Assembly: GCA_964016885.1 (NCBI GenBank)
Contig: OZ024752.1
Location: forward strand, 25,854,001 to 25,918,000
Direction: 5' to 3'
DNA length: 64,000 nucleotides
Source of the DNA: Eledone cirrhosa
Taxonomy: Eukaryota
Numbering within the stretch: the stretch's first letter is position 1; every line of letters starts with the position of its first letter. Below are positions 51,601-64,000 of the stretch, one piece after another. Below the pieces are notes generated by a model. That model was not told where the DNA came from. It saw nothing but the letters and a program-made list of their open reading frames with translations, and did not search any database. The position numbers and the translations under genes were made by a program.

Positions 51601-54600
51601 CCTACGACAACTATAACACCACCACCATCAACATCATAGCTAATAACACTACCAACGACAACTATAACACCACAACCATCACATCATAGCTAATAACACT
51701 ACCAACGACAACTATAACACCACCACCATCAACACCATAGATAATAACACTACCAACGACAATTATAACAACACAACCATCAACACCATAGCTTATAACA
51801 CTACCAACGACAACTATAACATCACCACCATCAACACCATAGCTAATAACACTATCTACGACAACTATAACACCACCACCATCAACACCATAGCTAATAA
51901 CACTACCTACGACAACTATAACATCACCACCATCAACACCATAGCTAATAACACTACCTACGACAACTATAACACCACCACCATCAACACCATAGCTAAT
52001 AACACTACCAACAACAACTATAACACCACCACCATCAACACCATAGCTAATAACACTACCAACGACAAATATAACAACACCAACATCAACAGCATAGCTA
52101 ATAACACTACCTACGACAACTATAACACCACCACCATCAACACCATAGTTAATAACACTACCTACGACAACTATAACACCACCACCATCAACACCATAGC
52201 TAATAACACTACCAAGGACAACTATATCATCACCACCATCAACATCATAGCTAATAACACTACCTACGACAACTATAATAACACCACCATCAGCACCATA
52301 GCTAGTAACACTACCTACGACAAATATAAAAACACCACCATCAACACCATAGTTAATAACACTACCTACGACAACTATAACTACACCACCATCAACATCA
52401 TAGCTAATAACACTACCTACGACAACTATAACACCACCACCATCAACACCATAGCTAATAACACTACCAACAACAACTATAATAACACCACGATCAACAC
52501 CATAACTAATAACACTACCCACGACAAATATAACAACAACACCATAGCTAGTAACACTACCAACGACAACTATAACACCACCACCATCGACACCATAGCT
52601 AATAACACTACCTACGACAACTATAACACCACCAACATCAACACCATAGCTAATAACACTACCTACGACAACTATAAAAACACCACCATCAACATCATAG
52701 CTTATAACACTACCTACGACAACTATAACACCACCACCATCAACACCATAGCTAATAACACTACCTACGACAACTATAACAACACCATAGCTAATAACAC
52801 TACCTACGATAACTGTAACAACACCACCATCAACATCATAACTAAAAACACTACCAACGACAACTATAACACCACCACTATCAACACCATAGCTAATAAC
52901 ACTACCTACGACAACTATAAGGACAACACCATAGCTAATAACACGACCTACGACAACTATAACACCACCACCATCAACACCATGGCTAATAACACTACCT
53001 ACGACAACTATAACAACACCACCATCAACACCATAGCTAATAACACTACCTACGACAACTATAACAACACCAGAATCAAAACCATAGCTAATAACACTAC
53101 CAACGACAACTATAACACCACCACCATCAACACCATGGCTAATAACACTACCAACGACAACTATAACAACACCACAATCAACATCATAGCTAATAACACT
53201 ACCTACGACAACTATAACAACACCACCATCAACACCATAGCTAATAACACTACCTACGACAACTATAACAACACCACCATCAACACCATAGCTAGTAATA
53301 CTTCCTACGACAACTATAATAACACCACCATCAACACCATAGCTAATAACACTACCTACGACAACTATAATAACACCACCATCAGCACCATAGTTAATAA
53401 CACTACCTACGACAACTATAACTACACCACCATCAACATCATAGCTAATAACACTACCTACGACAACTATAACACCACCACCATCAAAACCATAGCTAAT
53501 AACACTACCTACGACAAATATAACAACACCACCATCAACACCATAGTTAATAACACTACCTACGACAACTATAACTACACCACCATCAACATCATAGCTA
53601 ATAACACTACCAAGGACAACTATAACACCACCACCATCAACACCATAGCTAATAACACTACCTACGACAATTATAACAACAACACTATAGCTAATAACAC
53701 TACCTACGACAACTATAAGACCACCACCATCAACACCATGGCTAATAACACTACCTACGACAACTATAACAACACCACCATCAACACCATAGCCAATAAC
53801 ACTACCTACGACAACTATAACACCACCACCATCAACACCATAGCTAATAACACTACCTACGACAATTATAACAACAACACTATAGCTAATAACACTACCT
53901 ACGACAACTATAACACCACCACCATCAAAACCATAGCGAATAACACTACCTACGACAAATATAACAACACCACCATCAACACCATGGCTAATAACACTAC
54001 CTACGACAACTATAACAACACCAGAATCAAGAACATAGCTAATAACACTACCAACGACAACTATAACACCACCACCATCAACACCATAGACAATAACACT
54101 ACCTACGACAACTATAACAACACCAGAATCAAGAACATAGCTAATAACACTACCAACGACAACTATAACACCACCACCATCAACACCATAGACAATAACA
54201 CTACCTACGACAACTATAACACCACCACCATCAACACCATAGCTAATAACACTACCTACGACAACTATAACACCACCACCATCAACACCATAGATAATAA
54301 CACTACCAACAACAACTATAACAACACCACCATCAACACCATAGATAATAACACTACCTACGACAACTATAACACCACCACCATCAACACCATATCTAAT
54401 AACACTACCTACGACAACTATAACATCAACACCATCAACACCATAGCTAATAACACTCCCTACGACAACTATAACACCACCACCATCAACACCATAGCTA
54501 ATAACACTACCAACGACAACTAGAGCAACACCACCATCAACACCATAGCTTATAGCACTACCAACGACAACAATAACACCACCACCATCAACACCATAGC

Positions 54601-57600
54601 TAATAACACTACCTACGACAACTATAACACCACCACCATCAACATCATAGCTAATAACACTACCAACGACAACTATAACACCACAACCATCACATCATAG
54701 CTAATAACACTACCAACGACAACTATAACACCACCACCATCAACACCATAGATAATAACACTACCAACGACAATTATAACAACACAACCATCAACACCAT
54801 AGCTTATAACACTACCAACGACAACTATAACATCACCACCATCAACACCATAGCTAATAACACTATCTACGACAACTATAACACCACCACCATCAACACC
54901 ATAGCTAATAACACTACCTACGACAACTATAACATCACCACCATCAACACCATAGCCAATAACACTACCTACGACAACTATAACACCACCACCATCAACA
55001 CCATAGCTAATAACACTACCTACGACAACTATAACACCACCACCATCAACACCATAGATAATAACACAACCAACAACAACTATAACAACACCACCATCAA
55101 TACCATAGCTAATAACACTACCTACGACAACTATAACACCACCACCATCAACACCATATCTAATAACACTACCTACGACAACTATAACATCAACACCATC
55201 AACACCATAGCTTATAACACTACCTACGACAACTATAACACCACCACCATCAACACCATAGCTAATAACACTACCAACGACAACTAGAGCAACACCACCA
55301 TCAACACCATAGCTTATAGCACTACCAACGACAACTATAACACCACCACCATCAACATCATAGCTAATAACACTACCAACGACAACTATAACACCACAAC
55401 CATCACATCATAGCTAATAACACTACCAACGACAACTATAACACCACCACCATCAACACCATAGATAATAACACTACCAACGACAATTATAACACCACCA
55501 CCATCAACACCATAGCTAATAACACTACCAACAACAACTATAACAACACAACCATCAACACCATAGCTTATAACACTACCAACGACAACTATAACATCAC
55601 CACCATCAATACCATAGCTAATAACACTATCTACGACAACTATAACACCACCACCATCAACACCATAGCTAATAACACTACCTACGACAACTATAACACC
55701 ACCACCATCAACACCATAGCTAATAACACTACCAACGACAAATATAACAACACCAACATCAACACCATAGCTAATAACTACCTACGACAACTATAACACC
55801 ACCACCATCAACACCATAGCTAATAACACTACCAACGACAACTAGAACAATACCACCATCAACACCATAGCTTATAACACTACCAACGACAACTATAACA
55901 CCACCACCATCAACACCATAGATAATAACACTACCTACGACAACTATAACACCACCACCATCAACACCATAGCTAATAACACTACCAAGGACAACTATAT
56001 CATCAGCACCATCAACATCATAGCTAATATCACTACCTACGACAACTATAACAACACCACCATCAACATCATAGCTAATAACACTACCTACGACAACTAT
56101 AACAACACCACCATCAACACCATAGCTAATAACACTACCAACGACAACTAGAGCAACACCACCATCAACACCATAGTTTATAGCACTACCAACGACAACT
56201 ATAACACCACCACCATCAACACCATAGCTAATAACACTACCTACGACAACTATAACACCACCACCATCAACACCATAGCTAATAACACTACCAAGGACAA
56301 CTATATCATCACCACCATCAACATCATAGCTAATAACACTACCTACGACAACTATAACAACACCACCATCAACATCATAGCTAATAACACTACCTACGAC
56401 AACTATAAAAACACCACCATCAACACCATAGCTAATAATACTTCCTACGACAACTATAATAACACCACCATCAACACCATAGCTAATAACACTACCTACG
56501 ACAACTATAATAACACCACCATCAGCACCATAGCTAATAACACTACCTACGACAAATATAACAACACCACCATCAACACCATAGTTAATAACACTACCTA
56601 CGACAACTATAACTACACCACCATCAATATCATAGCTAATAACACTACCTACGACAACTATAACACCACCACCATCAACACCATAGCTAATAACACTACC
56701 TACGACAAATATAACAACACCACCATCAACACCATAGTTAATAACACTACCTACGACAACTATAACTACACCACCATCAACATCATAGCTAATAACACTA
56801 CCAAGGACAACTATAACACCACCACCATCAACACCATAGCTAATAACACTACCTACGACAATTATAACAACAACACTATAGCTAATAACACTACCTACGA
56901 CAACTATAACAACACCACCATCAACACCATGGCTAATAACATTACCTACGACAACTATAACAACACCACCATCAACACCATAGCTAATAACACTACCTAC
57001 GTCAACTATAACAACACCAGAATCAAGACCATAGCTAATAACACTACCAACGACAACTATAACACCACCACCATCAACACCATAGCCAATAACACTACCT
57101 ACGACAACTATAACACCACCACCATCAACACCATAGCTAATAACACTACCTACGACAACTATAACACCACCACCATCAACACCATAGATAATAACACTAC
57201 CAACAACAACTATAACAACACCACCATCAACACCATAGCTAATAACACTACCTACGACAACTATAACACCACCACCATCAACACCATATCTAATAACACT
57301 CCCTACGACAACTATAACACCACCACCATCAACACCATAGCTAATAACACTACCAACGACAACTAGAGCAACACCACCATCAACACCATAGCTTATAGCA
57401 CTATCAACGACAACTATAACACCAGCACCATCAACACCATAGCTAATAACACTACCTACGACAACTATAACACCACCACCATCAAGATCATAGCTAATAA
57501 CACTACCAACGACAACTATAACACCACAACCATCACATCATAGCTAATAACACTACCAACGACAACTATAACACCACCACCATCAACACCATAGATAATA

Positions 57601-60590
57601 ACACTACCAACGACAATTATAACAACACAACCATCAACACCATAGCTTATAACACTACCAACGACAACTATAACATCACCACCATCAACACCATAGCTAA
57701 TAACACTATCTACGACAACTATAACACCACCACCATCAACACCATAGCTAATAACACTACCTACGACAACTATAACATCACCACCATCAACACCATAGCT
57801 AATAACACTACCTACGACAACTATAACACCACCACCATCAACACCATAGCTAATAACACTACCAACAACAACTATAACACCACCACCATCAACACCATAG
57901 CTAATAACACTACCAACGACAAATATAACAACACCAACTTCAACACCATAGCTAATAACACTACCTACGACAACTATAACACCACCACCATCAACACCAT
58001 AGCTAATAACACTACCAACGACAACTAGAACAATACCACCATCAACACCATAGCTTATAACACTACCAACGACAACTATAACACCACCTCCATCAACACC
58101 ATAGCTAATAACACTACCTACGACAACTATAACACCACCACCATCAACACCATAGCTAATAACACTACCAAGGACAACTATATCATCACCACCATCAACA
58201 TCATAGCTAATAACACTACCTACGACAACTATAATAACACCACCATCAGCACCATAGCTAGTAACACTACCTACGACAAATATAAAAACACCACCATCAA
58301 CACCATAGTTAATAACACTACCTACGACAACTATAACTACACCACCATCAACATCATAGCTAATAACACTACCTACGACAACTATAACACCACCACCATC
58401 AACACCATAGCTAATAACACTACCAACAACAACTATAATAACACCACCATCAACACCATAACTAATAACACTACCCACGACAAATATAACAACAACACCA
58501 TAGCTAGTAACACTACCAACGACAACTATAACACCACCACCATCAACACCATAGCTAATAACACTACCTACGACAACTATAACACCACCAACATCAACAC
58601 CATAGCTTATAAAACTACCTACGACAACTATAAAAACACCACCATCAACATCATAGCTTATAACACTACCTACGACAACTATAACAACACCATAGCTAAT
58701 AACACTACCTACGATAACTGTAACAACACCACCATCAACATCATAACTAAAAACACTACCAACGACAACTATAACACCACCACTATCAACACCATAGCTA
58801 ATAACACTACCTACGACAACTATAACACCACCACCATCAACACCATATCTAATAACACTCCCTACGACAAATATAACACCACCACCATCAACACCATAGC
58901 TAATAACACTACCAACGACAACTAGAGCAACACCACCATCAACACCATAGCTTATAGCACTATCAACGACAACTATAACACCACCACCATCAACACCATA
59001 GCTAATAACACTACCTACGACAACTATAACACCACCACCATCAACATCATAGCTAATAACACTACCAACGACAACTATAACACCACAACCATCACATCAT
59101 AGCTAATAACACTACCAACGACAACTATAACACCACCACCATCAACACCATAGATAATAACACTACCAACGACAATTATAACAACACAACCATCAACACC
59201 ATAGCTTATAACACTACCAACGACAACTATAACATCACCACCATCAACACCATAGCTAATAACACTATCTACGACAACTATAACACCACCACCATCAACA
59301 CCATAGCTAATAACACTACCTACGACAACTATAACATCACCACCATCAACACCATAGCTAATAACACTACCTACGACAACTATAACACCACCACCATCAA
59401 CACCATAGCTAATAACACTACCAACAACAACTATAACACCACCACCATCAACACCATAGCTAATAACACTACCAACGACAAATATAACAACACCAACATC
59501 AACAGCATAGCTAATAACACTACCTACGACAACTATAACACCACCACCATCAACACCATAGTTAATAACACTACCTACGACAACTATAACACCACCACCA
59601 TCAACACCATAGCTAATAACACTACCAAGGACAACTATATCATCACCACCATCAACATCATAGCTAATAACACTACCTACGACAACTATAATAACACCAC
59701 CATCAGCACCATAGCTAGTAACACTACCTACGACAAATATAAAAACACCACCATCAACACCATAGTTAATAACACTACCTACGACAACTATAACTACACC
59801 ACCATCAACATCATAGCTAATAACACTACCTACGACAACTATAACACCACCACCATCAACACCATAGCTAATAACACTACCAACAACAACTATAATAACA
59901 CCACGATCAACACCATAACTAATAACACTACCCACGACAAATATAACAACAACACCATAGCTAGTAACACTACCAACGACAACTATAACACCACCACCAT
60001 CAACACCATAGCTAATAACACTACCTACGACAACTATAACACCACCAACATCAACACCATAGCTAATAACACTACCTACGACAACTATAAAAACACCACC
60101 ATCAACATCATAGCTTATAACACTACCTACGACAACTATAACACCACCACCATCAACACCATAGCTAATAACACTACCTACGACAACTATAACAACACCA
60201 TAGCTAATAACACTACCTACGATAACTGTAACAACACCACCATCAACATCATAACTAAAAACACTACCAACGACAACTATAACACCACCACTATCAACAC
60301 CATAGCTAATAACACTACCTACGACAACTATAAGGACAACACCATAGCTAATAACACGACCTACGACAACTATAACACCACCACCATCAACACCATGGCT
60401 AATAACACTACCTACGACAACTATAACAACACCACCATCAACACCATAGCTAATAACACTACCTACGACAACTATAACAACACCAGAATCAAAACCATAG
60501 CTAATGACACTACCAACGACAACTATAACACCACCACCATCAACACCATGGCTAATAACACTACCAACGACAACTATAACAACACCACAA
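45665..60590 (+). repeat. About 7.5-kb higher-order tandem duplication (copy 1 about 45665-53179, copy 2 about 53180-60590)
   Basis: The offset is 7515 at GCTAGTAATACTTCC (45776/53291), 7464 at the ATG 46274/53738, and 7413 for ORF pairs 49516/56929, 50103/57516, 51662/59075 and 52982/60395. The steps are exactly 51 bp. Confidence 0.93.
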
Positions 60591-60699
60591 TCAACACCAT
60601 AGCTAATAACACTACCTACGACAACTATAACAACAACACTATAGCTAATAACAATACCAACGACAACTATAACGACACCACCATCAACACCATAGCTAA

Positions 60700-63600
60700 T
60701 AACACTAGCCTACGACAACTATAACAGCACCACAATCAATATCATAGCTAATAACACTACCTACGACAACTATAATAACACCACCATCAACACCATAGCT
60801 AATAACACTACCTACGCCAACTATAATAACACCACCATCAACACCATAGCTAATAACACTACCTACGATAACTATAACAACACCACCATCAACACCATAG
60901 CTAACAACACTACCTACGACAACTATAACAACACCACCATCAACATCATAGCTAATAACACAACCTACGACAACTATAACACCACCACCATCAACACCAT
61001 AGCTAATAACACTACCAACGACAACTATAATAACACCGCCTTCAACACCATAACTATTAACACTACCCACGACAACTATAACAACAACACCATAGCTAGT
61101 AACACTACCAACGACAACTATAACACCACCACCATCAACACTATAGATAATAACACAACCTACGACAACTATAACAACACCAGAATCAACACCATAGCTA
61201 ATAACACTATCTACGACAACTATAACAACACCAGAATCAACACCATAGCTAATAACACTACCAACGACAACTATAACAACACCAAAATCAAGATCATAGC
61301 TAATAACAATACCTACGTCAACTATAAGAACACCACCATCAACGTCATAGCTAATAACACTACCAACGACAACTATAAAACCACCAACATCAACAACATA
61401 GCTTATAACACTACCTACGACAACTATAACAACACCACCATCAACATCATAGCTTATAACACTACCTACGACAACTATAACACCCCCACCATCAACTCCA
61501 TAGCTAATAACACTACCTACGACGATTATAACAACAAAACCATAGCTAATAACACTACCAACGACAACTATAACAAAACCACCATCAACACCATGGCTAA
61601 TAACACTACCAACGACAACTAATACATCACCACCATCAACACCATAGCTAATAACACTACCTACGACAACTATAACACCACCACCATGAACACCAGAGCT
61701 AATAACACTACCAACGATAACTATAACACCACCATCAACACCATAGCTAATAACACTACCTACGACAACTATAACACCACCACCATCAACATCATAGCTA
61801 ATAACACTACCAACGACAACTATAACACCACCACCATCAACACCATAGATAATAACAATACCAACGACAACTATAACACCACCACCATCAACATCATAGC
61901 TAATAACACTACCAACGACAACTATAACACCACCACCATCAACACCATAGCTAATAACAGAACCAACGACAACTATAACAACACCAACATCAACACCATA
62001 GCTAATAACACTACCTACGACAACTATAACAACACCACCATCAACACCATAGCTAATAACACTACCTACGACAACTATAACAACACCACCATCAACATCA
62101 TAGCTAATAACACTACCTACGACAACTATAACACCACCACCATCAACACCATAGCTAATAACACTACCAACGACAACTATAATAACACCACCATCAACAC
62201 CATAACTAATAACACTACCCACGACAACTATAACAACAACACCATAGCTAGTAACACTACCAACGACAACTATAACACCACCACCATCAACATCATAGCT
62301 AATAACACTAGCCTACGACAACTATAATAACACCACCATCAACACCATAGCTAATAACACTACCAACGACAACTATAACATCACCACCATCAACACCATA
62401 GCTAATTACACTTCCAACGATAACTATAACACCACCATCAACACCATAGCTAATAACACTACCTACGACAACTATAACACCACCACCATCAACATCATAG
62501 CTAATAACACTACCAACGACAACTATAACACCACCATCATCAACACCATAGATAATAACAATACCAACGACAACTTTAACACCACCACCATCAACATAAT
62601 AGCTAATAACACTACCAACGACAACTATAACACCACCACCATCAACACCATAGCTAATAACACAACCAACGACAACTATAACAACACCAACATCAACACC
62701 ATAGCTTATAACGCTACCTACGACAACTATAACACCACCATCAACACCATAGCTAATAACACTACCAACGACAACTATAACACCACCACCATCAACATTA
62801 TATCTAATAACACTACCTACGACAACTATAATAACACCACCATCAACACCATAGCTAATAATACTACCTACGACAACTCTAACATGACCACCATCAACAC
62901 CATAGCTAATAACACTACCTACGACAACTATAACAACACCACCATCAACAACATAGCTAATAATACTACCTACCTCAACTATAACATCACCACCATCAAC
63001 ACCATAGCTAATAACACTACCTACGACAACTATAACAACACCACCATCAACATCATAGCTAATAACACTACCTACGACAACTATAACAACACCACCATCA
63101 ACAGCATAGCTAATAACACTACCTACGACAACTATAACAACACCACCATCAACACCATAGCTAATAATACTACCTACGACAACTATAACATCACCACCAT
63201 CAACATCATAGCTAATAACACTTCCTACGAGAACTATAACACCACCAACATCAACACCATAGCTTATAACACTACCTACGACAACTACAACAACACCACC
63301 ATCAACATCATAGCTTATAACACTACCAACGACAACTATAACACCACCACCATCAACACCATAGCTAATAACACTACATACGACAACTATAACAACAACA
63401 CCATAGGTAATAACACTACCTACGACAACTATAACACCACCACCATCAACACCATGGCTAATAACACTACCAACGACAACTATAACAACACAACCATCAA
63501 CACCATAGCTAATAACACTACCTACACTACCTACGACAACTATAACAACACCAGAATCAACACCATAGCTAATAACACTACCAACGACAACTATAACACC

Positions 63601-64000
63601 ACCACCATCAACACCATAGATAATAACACTACCTACGACAGCTATAACACCACCACCATCAACACCATAGCTAATAACACTACCTACGACAACTATAACA
63701 ACACCAACATCAACACCATAGCTAATAAAACTACCTACGATAACTGTAACAACACCACCATCAACACCATAGCTAATAACACTACCAACGACAACTATAA
63801 CACCACCACCATCAACACCATAGCTAATAACACTACCTACGACAACTATAACACCACCAACATCTACACCATAGCTAATAACACTACCTACGATAACTGT
63901 AACAACACCACCATCAACATCATAGCTAATAACACTACCAACGGCAACTATAACACCACCATCATCAACACCATAGCTAATAACACTACCTACGACAACT
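60700..64000 (+). repeat. More diverged, less homogenised zone of the same 51-bp array
   Basis: There is a high density of variants not noticed elsewhere: CCGCCTTCAAC about 61036, AACGTCAT about 61341, CACCCCCACC..AACTCC about 61481, ATGAAC 61686, CATGACC about 62883, TACCTCAAC 62971 and ATCTACACC about 63862. It also carries 48- and 60-bp monomers. No long exact duplication was noticed. Confidence 0.75.

Larger units (their letters stand above)
1..64000 (+). repeat. 51-bp tandem repeat (satellite/macro-minisatellite) array, about 1,260 head-to-tail monomers, extending beyond both window edges
   Basis: The consensus AATAACACTACC(T/A)ACGACAACTATAACACCACCACCATCAACACCATAGCT recurs every 51 bp from base 1 to 64000 in one orientation. 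Most copies differ by about 0-3 substitutions. No non-repeat sequence is seen. Confidence 0.99.

Noticed and set aside
1670-62327. Plus-strand Asn/Thr-rich ORFs (ANNTTYDNYNTTTINTI, three N-x-T sequons per unit) as glycoproteins or ice-binding-like proteins
   Set aside because: Nearly all begin at an ATA>ATG repeat variant and end at the widely amplified TAT>TAG variant or a frameshift. The most common polymorphism (TAC/AAC) is non-synonymous in this frame. There is no gene context.
1-64000. CRISPR array or repeat-spacer/cassette system
   Set aside because: There are no unique spacers. Every position of the 51-mer is shared between copies with only point variants. No palindromic repeat, leader, cas, recombinase or reverse transcriptase gene is present.
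1-64000. Diversity-generating retroelement-style or programmed hypervariation
   Set aside because: Variants affect all four bases and are inherited in collinear blocks, as expected from duplication. No template/variable repeat pair or RT gene is present.
1-64000. Canonical telomerase-made telomere repeat, Chi-site array, or strong G-quadruplex array
   Set aside because: There is no short TTAGGG/TTAGG-type unit. The minus strand reads GATGGTGG, not the E. coli Chi GCTGGTGG. The consensus has only GG doublets, so at most weak two-tetrad G4s could form.
1-64000. Pure sequencing or assembly artefact (concatemer or collapsed repeat)
   Set aside because: Variants recur in consistent linked haplotypes, and duplicate blocks differ by SNVs and whole monomers, which is typical of real satellite evolution. 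The exact copy number of the youngest duplications still needs read support.
1-64000. tRNA, rRNA, structured ncRNA, promoters, terminators, transposon insertions or inversions
   Set aside because: None was seen. The G-poor strand has little self-complementarity, TATAA and AATAA motifs are simply parts of the monomer, and orientation never switches.

Overview
The whole 64 kb window is one uninterrupted head-to-tail tandem array of a 51-bp monomer, roughly 1,260 copies. The consensus on the + strand is AAT AAC ACT ACC TAC/AAC GAC AAC TAT AAC ACC ACC ACC ATC AAC ACC ATA GCT (22 A, 19 C, 8 T, 2 G). I found no unique sequence, inversion, transposon, RNA gene or credible protein-coding gene. The giant minus-strand ORFs (up to 8,019 aa of GSVISYGVDGGGVIVVV) and the N/T-rich plus-strand ORFs are best explained as by-products of a 51 = 17x3 monomer whose minus frame has almost no one-step route to a stop codon. 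The real structure lies in the monomer variants, which act as a barcode. They reveal nested higher-order duplications (1,809 bp = 36-mer, 2,769 bp = 55-mer, about 7.4-7.5 kb, and 8,478 bp = 168-mer). They also show long-range shared blocks (offsets 12,979, about 26-27 kb and 35,950 bp), amplified frameshift alleles flanking a 25-kb frameshift-free core, and a more diverged zone from about 60.7 kb that may be near the array edge. Two speculative leads are flagged. First, a plus-strand frame missing from the ORF track reads as a mucin-like PTS repeat with one TAG per unit (ITLPTTTITPPPSTP*L). Second, the array has telomere-like CA/GT strand asymmetry. The source is most likely eukaryotic satellite DNA, but the organism cannot be identified from this window. 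All offsets were read by eye from marker variants and need computational confirmation.
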